A program made the position numbers and the translations under genes. Source: Candidatus Wolfebacteria bacterium RIFCSPLOWO2_01_FULL_45_19 (GTDB taxonomy: Bacteria > Patescibacteriota > Minisyncoccia > UBA6257 > GWB1-45-9). From it: a stretch of DNA of 64,000 nt. The notes below the pieces were generated by a model. That model had not been told where the DNA came from and searched no databases. It was given only the letters and a program-made list of their open reading frames with translations. The stretch is taken from the NCBI GenBank assembly GCA_001793855.1, contig MGIR01000001.1, positions 8,645 to 72,644 of the forward strand, read 5' to 3'. Shown in pieces: positions 1 through 9,369 of the stretch. Position 1 is the first letter of the stretch; every line of letters begins with the position of its first letter.

Positions 1-763
1 CAACGCCTTTTAAATCTTCGTCCAAAGTGTTCTCAAAATAAGGCAGGTGCTTCTTGGGAAAAATACGAATTTCAAACGGCTCGCGAGAAACAAACGGCGC
101 GAAAGCAACGGCGCTGTCATTTTCGTAAATAATTCTCTCTTTCTCCTTCAACTCAAATTCTATCATAACGCAATGCACGCATTTTTTGTTCGCTTGGAAA
201 TAATCCAAAGAACCGCTCAATGAATGTTGTACGTCAGGAGGAACAACGGGAATGGCTATAATTTGATAATGAGGATGATATATGGAAGCGCCCGCGGTAG
301 GACCCCAATTGTGAAAAATGGAAACGTAAGCGATATATTTGTCGTCAAGAAGCATCATGTAGCGATCGCGAAATGCGCGAAAAACAAGTTCGGCGTGTGA
401 AACGGTTAAATTTGGGAAATTTTTGTCGTGGTCGCGAGTTGTAACAACATCATGATATCCGACTCCCGGCAAAATATGATACGGTCCATGTTTCGCGGGA
501 ACGGCTACGATGCGTTCATGGCTGACAGCTGGATATTTATTGGGAATAATCGCCAATTCCCATCCGCGCTTATTCTTATAAACCAAAATCGGCTCCTCAT
601 TTCCCGGCGCTTGAGGATTTTCAAACGGACAACCGCGCGCGGACGCGCCAACACGCTTGATTTTTTTTTGCTTTTCTATCAAGTCGCTTGGGCGGTTGGC
701 GCGGCCCGGCGCCATCACAATCCAGTCACCTGAAACTATGTCTTGTCGTAGTTCAGAATCCAA
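1..763 (-). CDS. galT: Galactose-1-phosphate uridylyltransferase (3' end outside window)
   Basis: Manual translation from TTG at 763: MDSELRQDIVSGDWIVMAPGRAKRP...CPFE...NKYPA...GASIYHPHYQ (HxHxQ motif); absent from ORF track because it runs off the edge. Confidence 0.85.
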   Translation of the reverse strand, partial: MDSELRQDIVSGDWIVMAPGRANRPSDLIEKQKKIKRVGASARGCPFENPQAPGNEEPILVYKNKRGWELAIIPNKYPAVSHERIVAVPAKHGPYHILPGVGYHDVVTTRDHDKNFPNLTVSHAELVFRAFRDRYMMLLDDKYIAYVSIFHNWGPTAGASIYHPHYQIIAIPVVPPDVQHSLSGSLDYFQANKKCVHCVMIEFELKEKERIIYENDSAVAFAPFVSREPFEIRIFPKKHLPYFENTLDEDLKGV

Positions 764-769
764 AGTATA

Positions 770-830
770 GATTTAAGATTTATGATTTAGGATTTAAGAT
801 TCTTACGTCTTAAATCTTACGTCTTAAATC
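770..830. repeat. Inverted heptamer array (ATTTAAG-type x4 / CTTAAAT-type x4) containing the mrdA stop
   Basis: ATTTAAG ATTTATG ATTTAGG ATTTAAG att CTTACGT CTTAAAT CTTACGT CTTAAAT. Confidence 0.85.
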
Positions 831-2680
831 TTTTTTAATCTATTTTCATAATACCACCTCAAAACATCCTTAGCCATCGGGACAGAAACAAAAGAGCCCT
901 CCGGTACATCCTCTACAATAATAAGAATAGCGATTTGCGGCTCATCAGTGGGGGCGTAGCCGACAAAAATAGCATTTGCTTTAGCACCGCTGTTTGTTTG
1001 CGCCGTACCGGTTTTCGCCGCGATGCCGAACGATAAATTCGAAAGCAAATGCGCCGTACCGTATGACTGTTTAACCGCATCTTTCATTCCTTCCCTGACT
1101 TCCGTTATGGCATTTCCCCAATCTTGCCGTGAAAGCACTTGCGGTTCGCCCTCAACAAGCCGCGGTTCGTAAAAAGTTCCGCCGTTCGCGATTGCGGCAA
1201 TGTAATTGAGCAATTGAATTGGCGTAACCAAAAAATCACCTTGCCCGATGCTTACGTTGTATGTATCGCCAATACGCCATATCTCGCCCGTGCGCGATTC
1301 TTTATATTCCGGATCAGGAAGCAGTCCCTCCGCTTCTCCAGGCAAATCAATGCCTGTTTTTTTACCAAAACCGAATTTTTCCCACCATTCCTTAAGCTTT
1401 ACTATGCCCAAACCTTTTATATCTTCAAAACCGCCTCCGGCCGCGTAAAAATATATGTTGCTGGAGCGCGCTATTGCCGAACGCAAGTTTACCCAACCGT
1501 GAGGTTTCCAGTCGCGAAAAACGCTCGGCTGTGACGGAAAATAGGGGTTTGGGATTTCAATGAAACCTGCGGAAAAAATATTGGTCTCAGCCGTTACAAC
1601 CCCCTCAATCAAAGAGGCAAGAGCCACAAGCGGCTTAATGGATGAACCAGGATTGTAAATTCCGGAGACGGCGCGGTTAAAAAACGGTTTGCGCGGGTCC
1701 TCTAAAATTTTCTTTCTTTCTTCGCTTCTGTCCGGATAAGAAAAAGCGTTGGCCTCATAATTCGGAAAGCTGAACAAACTTAGGATTTCTCCGTTTTGCG
1801 GATTAATGGCGATGCCTACGCCGGAAGAACGTCCGAGCGCGGACAGCGTTTCCTTAAAACGTTGGAAAAAGTATTTTTGAAATTCCGCGTCAATTGTCAA
1901 TTTAAGAACCGTGCCGTCTTTCGGTTCAACGACCATTTGTTCGCCAAGCCGTTCACCCATCGCGTTTCTATAAATTATAAATCTGCCGCCTTCCCCTCTT
2001 AACACACCGTCATATTGCAATTCCAAACCGCCCCTGCCTATCAAGTCATTCGTATAAAGAGAGGGATTTTTGGCGATATCTTCCCGCGAGACCATTCCGA
2101 CATATCCAAGCACAGAAGAAAAAACCGGGTCGTCTTCATAATTTCTTATATAGTCCTCGCTTATTACAAAAATGGACGGGCTGAAACTTTTTATGCGTAT
2201 AACTTGTTCGTACGTTATTCCGCGAGCGATAAGAATTTCAGGATTTTTCTCAATATTCGTTTCTTTCAGCAATGATTTGAGTGAATCGCCGTCAATCAAC
2301 TTCGCCGTCTCAAGAGCGCCAATAATCGCTTCTTGTTCCTCTGAGGAGGCCTTTATAAATTTATGAGTCCGCAAACGCACATTAAATCCGGGAATGTTTT
2401 TTACAAGCGGGTTGTCAAAACGGTCAAGAAACAGACCCCGTTGCGCCTCGATTATTCTGACTTCATTTGCGTTGGCTTCGGCGCGCCTGCCGTAAAATTC
2501 TCCCTTGACGTAAACAAGATATAAAGAGCGCCCCGCTGCCATTATGGTGGCGGCCACTATTATTAACGCGAGAAGACGCAATGCCGATTCGGAAAGTGGG
2601 AGCTCTATCGTTTCCTCGTCTTTCGCGACTATCGCATCTTCAAGGTTCGGAGGAGGACTATTTTTTCTTCGCCAAAACAT
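824..2680 (-). CDS. mrdA: Penicillin-binding protein 2
   Basis: N-terminal TM helix, SSIK/SSN/KTG transpeptidase motifs, follows mreBCD. Confidence 0.92.
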   Translation of the reverse strand: MFWRRKNSPPPNLEDAIVAKDEETIELPLSESALRLLALIIVAATIMAAGRSLYLVYVKGEFYGRRAEANANEVRIIEAQRGLFLDRFDNPLVKNIPGFNVRLRTHKFIKASSEEQEAIIGALETAKLIDGDSLKSLLKETNIEKNPEILIARGITYEQVIRIKSFSPSIFVISEDYIRNYEDDPVFSSVLGYVGMVSREDIAKNPSLYTNDLIGRGGLELQYDGVLRGEGGRFIIYRNAMGERLGEQMVVEPKDGTVLKLTIDAEFQKYFFQRFKETLSALGRSSGVGIAINPQNGEILSLFSFPNYEANAFSYPDRSEERKKILEDPRKPFFNRAVSGIYNPGSSIKPLVALASLIEGVVTAETNIFSAGFIEIPNPYFPSQPSVFRDWKPHGWVNLRSAIARSSNIYFYAAGGGFEDIKGLGIVKLKEWWEKFGFGKKTGIDLPGEAEGLLPDPEYKESRTGEIWRIGDTYNVSIGQGDFLVTPIQLLNYIAAIANGGTFYEPRLVEGEPQVLSRQDWGNAITEVREGMKDAVKQSYGTAHLLSNLSFGIAAKTGTAQTNSGAKANAIFVGYAPTDEPQIAILIIVEDVPEGSFVSVPMAKDVLRWYYENRLKKI

Positions 2681-3098
2681 TAATTTTGAAATTCTTTACA
2701 ACGAAAAAGACTGCTAAAGCTATGGCAATATTCATGGCCGCCTCCGTTAAGTACTGATAAAAACCGGGCGGCAAAAAAACAAGAGTCGCGACCGCCGCGG
2801 CCGCTACAACGAATATGACGCTACCACGGCGAAAATAGTTCGCCGCAAAAATAAGCGCGGCTCCGGCGGCTATAAACAAAATTATTTCCATTTCAAAAAA
2901 TGCCTCGGTTTTCAACACAAAAGCGCCAAAAGACAAAAAGCCGGCGTTAACAAAAAAATTCTGGCTGAAAACAACCAGTGCCGCGAAAACCGCGAGAACC
3001 CAATTCGGCTTAACTCCCCAGACATTAAAAAATCCATACTGCAAAAAAACCGCCATTAAAATAAGAAAAAGGAAAAAGGCCTCACGTTTCATAATCAA
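2658..3098 (-). CDS. mreD: Rod shape-determining protein MreD-like membrane protein
   Basis: Hydrophobic, GVKPNWVL motif, lies between mreC and mrdA. Confidence 0.7.
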   Translation of the reverse strand: MIMKREAFFLFLILMAVFLQYGFFNVWGVKPNWVLAVFAALVVFSQNFFVNAGFLSFGAFVLKTEAFFEMEIILFIAAGAALIFAANYFRRGSVIFVVAAAAVATLVFLPPGFYQYLTEAAMNIAIALAVFFVVKNFKINVLAKKK

Positions 3099-3771
3099 TC
3101 ACGTAAATTACTCGCAATTTATTGAGCGAATACGGAATCTCTATACTCGCGGACTTGAAACTTTCTGCCGGAGTGTCAAATACTTCTCCAACCAAACCGA
3201 TGGATAGGCCGTATGGAAAACGCGAATCGGCCAAAACAACCGGAGCGCCTTCGAAAATATTTTCATCTTTTCCAATCATGGTCAGCAATGGATGGTTACC
3301 GCCTCGTAAAAAAGCGTCTATTTCTTCTGCGCCGATGCGAACCGAGATTTCAAAATCCTGGTCAAAAATAGTCCTGACTGAGCTTGTCTTTTCGGACACT
3401 CTGCTCACAAAACCAACAAGCACCTTCTCCCGGGTAACGACCGGCGCCACTTCTTTGATGCCGTCGGCTGTTCCGCCTTGAATTATAAGTTCATTTCGCG
3501 TGTTAAACGGATAACTGGAGTAAACGCGAACAGAAATAAATCCCTCGGTCTCGTTCGGGATATAATTTTCTTCCAACGCAAGCCGGCTCTTCAAAACGGT
3601 ATTTTCTGCCCTGAGTGTTTCCAATTCTTCGGAAACAGCCGAAGAAAAAAAATCGCCCAAACCGATATATAAAGAGCCAAGCGCAACGTTTTTGAGATCA
3701 ACAGCGAAACTTCCAGCGAAAGCAACGACAAGAAAGATGATTGCTAAAAACGAAAATAAATAATTCTTCAT
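3082..3771 (-). CDS. mreC: Rod shape-determining protein MreC
   Basis: TM plus coiled coil (LRAENTVLK), GTADGIK..PVV, FPYGLSIG; synteny. Confidence 0.85.
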   Translation of the reverse strand: MKNYLFSFLAIIFLVVAFAGSFAVDLKNVALGSLYIGLGDFFSSAVSEELETLRAENTVLKSRLALEENYIPNETEGFISVRVYSSYPFNTRNELIIQGGTADGIKEVAPVVTREKVLVGFVSRVSEKTSSVRTIFDQDFEISVRIGAEEIDAFLRGGNHPLLTMIGKDENIFEGAPVVLADSRFPYGLSIGLVGEVFDTPAESFKSASIEIPYSLNKLRVIYVIDYET

Positions 3772-3774
3772 GCT

Positions 3775-4815
3775 TCATGATATGTCCTTTGGTTGCATGG
3801 GCACATTTAGAATATTCTTATAAAATTCAAGCTTCTCTATCGCGACGCCAGTGCCGCGCACAACGCAAGTTAGAGGGTCATCAATCACAACGGTTTTAAC
3901 ACCAAGCTCTTTTTCTATAAGCTGATCCATGCCTCTCAACAAACTGCCGCCGCCGCAAAGATGCACTCCGCTTTTCAGCGTATCGCCTACCAATTCCGGC
4001 GGAGTCATTTCTATAACGTCTCGAATGGCGTCTATTATCAAACGGAGAGAACGCGACATCGCCACGCGCGCCTGAGTATTTTTTATGTTAATTTCTCTCG
4101 GCAAGCCCGTTGCCATATCCCTGCCCCTGATAAGCATTTCAAGACGTTCGTCTATCGGCGTTGCGGAGCCGACTGTTTTTTTTATTTCCTCTGCCGTTGG
4201 CTCGCCTATCGCAAGCTTGAATTCTTCACGAACGAAACGAATCAGATCTTCATTTAATTTTTCTCCCGCGACTTTCAAGCTTAGCGCAGTGACTATTCCC
4301 CCAGTCGATATAACCGCGATTTCCGTGGTGCCGCCGCCTATATCAACTATCATGCTCGCGGTTGATTCGTTTATCGGCAAATCCGCGCCAAGCGCCGCGG
4401 CAAGCGGCTCTTCAATAATATATGCCCTGGCGGCTCCGGCACCGAGAACGGCGTCTTCCACCGACTTGCGCTCAACTTCGGTCAAATTGATCGGAACGCC
4501 TATAACCGCACGGCGATACCTGAAAAAACTGCTTCCAAGCTTTTGAAAAAATTTCTGAAGCATTTCCTGCGCCATATCAAAATCTGATATAACTCCGTTT
4601 ACCAGCGGCTTAACAACCTCTATATGAGATGGGGTGCGGCCAAGCATTCGACTGGCTTCGTGTCCTATCGCGTGTATCTGACTTGTTTTTGTATTCAGGG
4701 CGACCATCGACGGCTCGTTTATGACAATTCCTCTGCCAACTTGATAAATGAGCGAATTAGCGGTTCCAAGGTCAACTCCAAAATCTTGTGAAGCAAATTT
4801 TAAAAATTTAGTCAT
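3775..4815 (-). CDS. mreB: Actin-like rod shape protein MreB
   Basis: GVDLGTAN, EEPLAAA, DIGGGTTE, GGGSLL motifs. Confidence 0.95.
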   Translation of the reverse strand: MTKFLKFASQDFGVDLGTANSLIYQVGRGIVINEPSMVALNTKTSQIHAIGHEASRMLGRTPSHIEVVKPLVNGVISDFDMAQEMLQKFFQKLGSSFFRYRRAVIGVPINLTEVERKSVEDAVLGAGAARAYIIEEPLAAALGADLPINESTASMIVDIGGGTTEIAVISTGGIVTALSLKVAGEKLNEDLIRFVREEFKLAIGEPTAEEIKKTVGSATPIDERLEMLIRGRDMATGLPREINIKNTQARVAMSRSLRLIIDAIRDVIEMTPPELVGDTLKSGVHLCGGGSLLRGMDQLIEKELGVKTVVIDDPLTCVVRGTGVAIEKLEFYKNILNVPMQPKDIS

Positions 4816-4839
4816 ATTTTAACTGATACTACGCCAGTA

Positions 4840-6075
4840 TTATAATAATTTCAATATCTTCTCCAAATTCATCGTCCGCATTTCATCAGAATCACGCCGC
4901 TTAACTTCAATCTCATTTTTTGTCTTGTCGCTGATTACCAGCCTGTACGGAATGCCAATCAGGTCGGCGTCGTTGAATTTTTCTCCGGCACTCACGCCTT
5001 CGCGGTCGTCATACAATACTTCAACTCCCGCCTTTTGCAATTTGTCATATATTTTCTGCCCTCTGTCTTCTGTTTTCTGTTTTCTATTTATTGAAATCAG
5101 ATGCGCTTTAAACGGCGCAATGTTCTCCGGCCAGACTATCCCCCTTCCGTCATGAAAAACTTCCACAGCGGTTCCCATCGTGCGACCGAGACCTATGCCG
5201 TATGATCCCATAACAACGTATTTTTTTTCGCCTCGCTCATCGGTGAACCGCAAATTAAACGCCTCAGAATATTTAGTGCCTAAAGGAAAAATATTCCCAA
5301 CTTCAATAGCGCGCTTCTCCATTACCGCGCCTCCACATTTCGGACATTTGTCTCCGGTTTTAAGTTTTGATATTTCTTTATTTTCCGCGTACTCGCACTT
5401 TTCGCAGACGCAAATGGTATCCTCGCCAACGTCGGCAAGAATTTGGAATTCGTGGGTGTTGCTTACGGTAAATTCACCGCCGGCGGCCAAGGTGTAAATT
5501 GATTTAAGGCCGCAACGTTTAAATATTTTATGGTAGGCCTTGGCGACTTTTTGATAATATTTATTCAGATCATTTTCAGAAACGTGGAAGCTATACAAAT
5601 CCTTCATTAAAAACTCACGCCCTCTCAACAGGCCGGATTTGGCTCGCGGCTCATGCCGGAATTTGGTCTGAATCTGATAGGCGGCAAGTGGCAAATCTTG
5701 ATAAGAATTGACGTAACTCGCGGCAATTTCGGCAATAACCTCTTCGTGAGTCCAGCTTATGTTGAAAGACGGCTCGTCTTCGTTTCCGGCAAACACTTTA
5801 TACACCACTCCGACATCCCATCGCCCGGTCGCGGTTAAATAACGCTTGTCATGCAGGGCGGCCATCAACATTTCCTGACCACCGATGGCATCCATCTCTC
5901 CGCGAATAATATCCGCGATTTTTTTAAGCACCCGCCAGCCCAAAGGCAAAAAAGAATAAACGCCCGCGGAATTTTTGTACACAAAACCTCCGCGCGTAAG
6001 CAGTTTAGCGTTAACCGATTCTTCGTCCTTCGGCGCCTCCCGCCTTGTTTTTGAAAAAAGTTCTGATTGTCTCAC
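4840..6075 (-). CDS. proS: Proline--tRNA ligase (short form, no editing domain)
   Basis: THEE, FRHEPRAKSGLLRGREF, MGSYGIG, DADLIGIP; likely GTG start at 6075. Confidence 0.93.
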   Translation of the reverse strand: MRQSELFSKTRREAPKDEESVNAKLLTRGGFVYKNSAGVYSFLPLGWRVLKKIADIIRGEMDAIGGQEMLMAALHDKRYLTATGRWDVGVVYKVFAGNEDEPSFNISWTHEEVIAEIAASYVNSYQDLPLAAYQIQTKFRHEPRAKSGLLRGREFLMKDLYSFHVSENDLNKYYQKVAKAYHKIFKRCGLKSIYTLAAGGEFTVSNTHEFQILADVGEDTICVCEKCEYAENKEISKLKTGDKCPKCGGAVMEKRAIEVGNIFPLGTKYSEAFNLRFTDERGEKKYVVMGSYGIGLGRTMGTAVEVFHDGRGIVWPENIAPFKAHLISINRKQKTEDRGQKIYDKLQKAGVEVLYDDREGVSAGEKFNDADLIGIPYRLVISDKTKNEIEVKRRDSDEMRTMNLEKILKLL

Positions 6076-6119
6076 GCAATCATTATAAAACACAAAATTA
6101 TTTTAGTCATGCCCAATAA

Positions 6120-6140
6120 TTAGGGCTTACGAAGCTCTAA
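6120..6140. repeat. REP-like palindrome downstream of the RAYT gene
   Basis: TTAGGGCTT-ACG-AAGCTCTAA, a variant of the 6879-6899 copy. Confidence 0.75.
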
Positions 6141-6143
6141 ATA

Positions 6144-6863
6144 TTACTCCAAAGTTATTTGCGATATATCGCGTGAATCCATCTCCTTGAGCCAGCTCGT
6201 CATTGATTTTTTATACTGCTCCGGCCCATCAAAAAATTTAAGCAAGAGATCTCTCTGCGTTACGGAGGGAAAATTCTTTTTACCGATATAATCCGGAAAA
6301 CTGCTCCATCGGTAGTTTTCTAAATAGGCAAACGCTTTTTTATAATCTTTGACATCTCGCTCTCTCCAATTTGGCGCGAAATAATCAAGCGGATTGCAGT
6401 GAATATAAAATGGGAGGTGAATAAAATGCGCGTCATTATCGACGGCGATACATTTATATCTTCCTTCAAAAAGCGCGCCGGCTCTTTTGTATTTTAGATT
6501 AAAATAATTCGCGTATCCCATATTCAATCGCCGCATAAAAAGCGTCAACCATTCTTTAGAGCGCGCCCTGACGAGTAAATGATAATGATTTTTCATTAAA
6601 CAAAAAGTTAACATCTCAGCCAACAATATCCGCGGCCTTCGCTGTTTTTGTTGCCTCTCAATATTAGGGCTTGCGAAGCCCGAAGGATTAGTTTTGAAAA
6701 GATAGGTATTATTTGGAAGCGGCTGAGCGTCGTTAAATTCAAATAAATTATGAATAAATCTCATAAAATCCTCTTCATCCAAAAAAAGTTTTCTTTTGTC
6801 AACTCCTCTGCTTAAAATGTGGTAAATATTTCCAGGTATAATTTGCGGCCTCATAATAAACAT
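6144..6863 (-). mobile_element. REP-associated tyrosine transposase (RAYT, Y1 HUH family)
   Basis: YHILSRG, FCLMKNHYHLL (HUH), LFEGRY, YIHCNP, YRWSS; flanked by palindromes. Confidence 0.88.
6664..6684. repeat. REP-like palindrome inside the RAYT coding sequence
   Basis: TTAGGGCTT-GCG-AAGCCCGAA. Confidence 0.75.
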
Positions 6864-6870
6864 ACTCTAG

Positions 6871-6907
6871 CGCAACACTTAGGGCTTCGCAAGCCCTAAG
6901 TGTTGCG
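6871..6907. repeat. REP-like perfect hairpin (17-bp stem) upstream of the RAYT gene
   Basis: CGCAACACTTAGGGCTT-CGC-AAGCCCTAAGTGTTGCG. Confidence 0.85.
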
Positions 6908-6941
6908 GCGCAGACTCAATTCCGCTTACAATATAAGCGGA

Positions 6942-8240
6942 ATGGCGAAATTTCTTACACAAGGCGGGCGGGCACTAAATGGTGAGATAACTTTGGCCGG
7001 GGCGAAAAACGCGGCGACCAAAATGCTGGTCGCTTCTCTGCTGACTGACGAGCAGTGCGAATTTGAAAACTTTCCTGAAATCGGCGACACGGAAATAACC
7101 GCGGAATTGTGCCGGACAATCGGCAGTGAAATTAAAATCAAAAACAATAAAGCCGTCATTCGCACTCCGCGAATAAAACAAACTTCCGCGGTTTCCCTCA
7201 GCAGAAAAAATCGCATTCCCATATTAACTTTGGGACCCCTGCTCGCGCGCGCGAGCGAAGCGGAAATACCCATTTTGGGCGGAGACAAAATCGGACCGCG
7301 TCCCGTGGACATCCATTTGGAAGCGCTTAGAAGCATGGGGGCTGAAATAGAAGCAACGGAAAATGGATACAAGGCGCGAGCTCCGCGCGGCCTGCGCGGT
7401 GCGAATCTGTCTTTTCTCCATCCGAGTGTCGGAGCCACAGAGAACGTCATTCTCGCGGCGACGCTCGCGAAAGGCAAAACAAGAATCCACAACGCGGCGA
7501 TTGAACCGGAAATAATCAGCTTGATAGAAATGCTCCAAAAAATGGGGGCTATAATAGAATTAGGCGCGAACCGAACAGTTTATGTTGAAGGCGTTGAAAA
7601 ACTGCGCGGCGCGAAACATGCCGTAATTCCGGACAGAAACGAAGCGGTTTCATTCGCTTGCCTAGCCGCGGCAACCGGAGGAAAAATAAAAATAAAAGGC
7701 GCGCGGCAAAATCATTTGATAACCTTTCTAAACGCTTTCAGAAAAATCGGGGGCGAATACGAAGTCGACGACGACGGCATAATTTTTTGGAAAAACGGCG
7801 CTCTTCACGGCATAGAAATTGAAACGGACGCACACCCAGGCTTTATGACCGATTGGCAACAACCATTCGCCATTCTTCTTACGCAGGCTAAAGGAACATC
7901 GGTGATTCACGAAACCATATACGAAAATCGCTTTGGTTACGCCAAAGACTTGAATACGCTCGGCGCGAACATACAAATATTTACGAAATGCCTCGGCGAA
8001 TTGCCTTGCCGCTTCAACGGGATGAATCTAAGTCACAGCGCGACAATACACGGAGCGACTCCATTGCGCGGTTCAAAGCTCATAGTGCGCGATTTGCGGT
8101 CGGGCATCGCCCACGTTATCGCGGCGCTTGTCGCATCCGGAGAATCCGTGATTGAAGGAATTGAAGAAATAGACCGCGGATATGAGAAAATAGACGAACG
8201 GCTTAGAACGCTTGGAGCCAAGATTGAGAGAATTTCATAA
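6942..8240 (+). CDS. murA: UDP-N-acetylglucosamine 1-carboxyvinyltransferase
   Basis: GAKNA, GGDKIGPRP, SVGATEN, HPGFMTD, DLRSG, RGYE; ATG at 6942 preferred over GTG at 6900. Confidence 0.95.
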   Translation: MAKFLTQGGRALNGEITLAGAKNAATKMLVASLLTDEQCEFENFPEIGDTEITAELCRTIGSEIKIKNNKAVIRTPRIKQTSAVSLSRKNRIPILTLGPLLARASEAEIPILGGDKIGPRPVDIHLEALRSMGAEIEATENGYKARAPRGLRGANLSFLHPSVGATENVILAATLAKGKTRIHNAAIEPEIISLIEMLQKMGAIIELGANRTVYVEGVEKLRGAKHAVIPDRNEAVSFACLAAATGGKIKIKGARQNHLITFLNAFRKIGGEYEVDDDGIIFWKNGALHGIEIETDAHPGFMTDWQQPFAILLTQAKGTSVIHETIYENRFGYAKDLNTLGANIQIFTKCLGELPCRFNGMNLSHSATIHGATPLRGSKLIVRDLRSGIAHVIAALVASGESVIEGIEEIDRGYEKIDERLRTLGAKIERIS

Positions 8241-8259
8241 TTGACTTACTATCAATTTA

Positions 8260-8356
8260 ATGTAAAATTCAAAAATCAAAGTGCAAAATGACAATATAAA
8301 ATTTTAAAATTTTTAACTGTTGTTTTTCATTTTGATATTTACATTTTAAATTTTAA
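8260..8356. repeat. Inverted degenerate heptamer array (nnCAAAA / TTTTGnn type)
   Basis: TGTAAAA TTCAAAA ATCAAAG TGCAAAA ... TTTTTCA TTTTGAT ATTTACA TTTTAAA between murA and mreB2. Confidence 0.7.
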
Positions 8357-8358
8357 CT

Positions 8359-9369
8359 ATGTTTACTCGCAAAATCGGCATAGACCTTGGAACCGCGAAC
8401 ACTATCATATTCGTGCCCGGACGCGGTTTTATAATAAACGAACCAACCATAGTCGCGCTTAACAATTCAGACAATTCGGTTTTGGCGGTTGGCCGCGAAG
8501 CCAAAGAAATGCTCGGACGCACGCCGGAAGACATCACCGCTTACCGCCCTCTTAAAGACGGGGTAATAGCCGACTACTACATAACCAAGGCGATGCTCAA
8601 ATATTTCATCGCCAAAGCCGTCGGCCGTTTCAATTTGTCACGTCCCGACATCGTAATATCCGTTCCAGCCGGCATAACCACCACAGAACGCCGCGCGGTT
8701 ATAAACGCCGCCAAAGAAGCCGGGGCACAAGAGGCATATCCGGTAAAGGAACCCATACTCGCCGCGCTCGGCGCCGGCATTCCAGTAAACGCCCACCATT
8801 CCGGCAATATGATAATAAATATAGGAGGAGGCACTTCGGAGGTAGCCGTTATTTCACTCGGAGGTATCGTGTCATATGCAAGCCAGCGCGTAGCCGGCAA
8901 CAAGTTTGACCAGGCAATCATAAATTATCTGCGTAAAAAATATTCTTTGGCGATAGGAGAACAAACCGCGGAAACTATAAAAATAGAAATCGGTTCCGCC
9001 CTGCCTATAAAAAACAAACTGGAATTCAAACTACGTGGAAGGGATTGCATAACCGGATTGCCCAGAGACCTCGTGGTCAATTCCAATGAAATAGCCGAAG
9101 CGCTTACCCCACATCTTGTGGACATCGCCTCAGCCGCGCAGGGTGTTTTCAACGAAACTCCACCGGAACTAGTGGCGGATATAATGGAAAAAGGCCTAAT
9201 AATTTCCGGTGGCGGCGCGCAGTTAAGGCACATAAACGAGTTCTTTGAACGCGCCGTAGGAGTTCCGTCTTATATAGCCGAAGAACCGCTGTTTTGCGTG
9301 GCAAAAGGAACCGGACTTATACTGTCACACTTGGACGTGTATAAACGAACATTGTTGAACAGAAGATGA
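8359..9369 (+). CDS. mreB: Second MreB/Mbl-family actin homologue
   Basis: GIDLGTAN, EPILAA, IGGGTSE, GGGAQL motifs. Confidence 0.92.
   Translation: MFTRKIGIDLGTANTIIFVPGRGFIINEPTIVALNNSDNSVLAVGREAKEMLGRTPEDITAYRPLKDGVIADYYITKAMLKYFIAKAVGRFNLSRPDIVISVPAGITTTERRAVINAAKEAGAQEAYPVKEPILAALGAGIPVNAHHSGNMIINIGGGTSEVAVISLGGIVSYASQRVAGNKFDQAIINYLRKKYSLAIGEQTAETIKIEIGSALPIKNKLEFKLRGRDCITGLPRDLVVNSNEIAEALTPHLVDIASAAQGVFNETPPELVADIMEKGLIISGGGAQLRHINEFFERAVGVPSYIAEEPLFCVAKGTGLILSHLDVYKRTLLNRR

Noticed and set aside
428-733. 101-aa plus-strand ORF
   Set aside because: Antisense to galT
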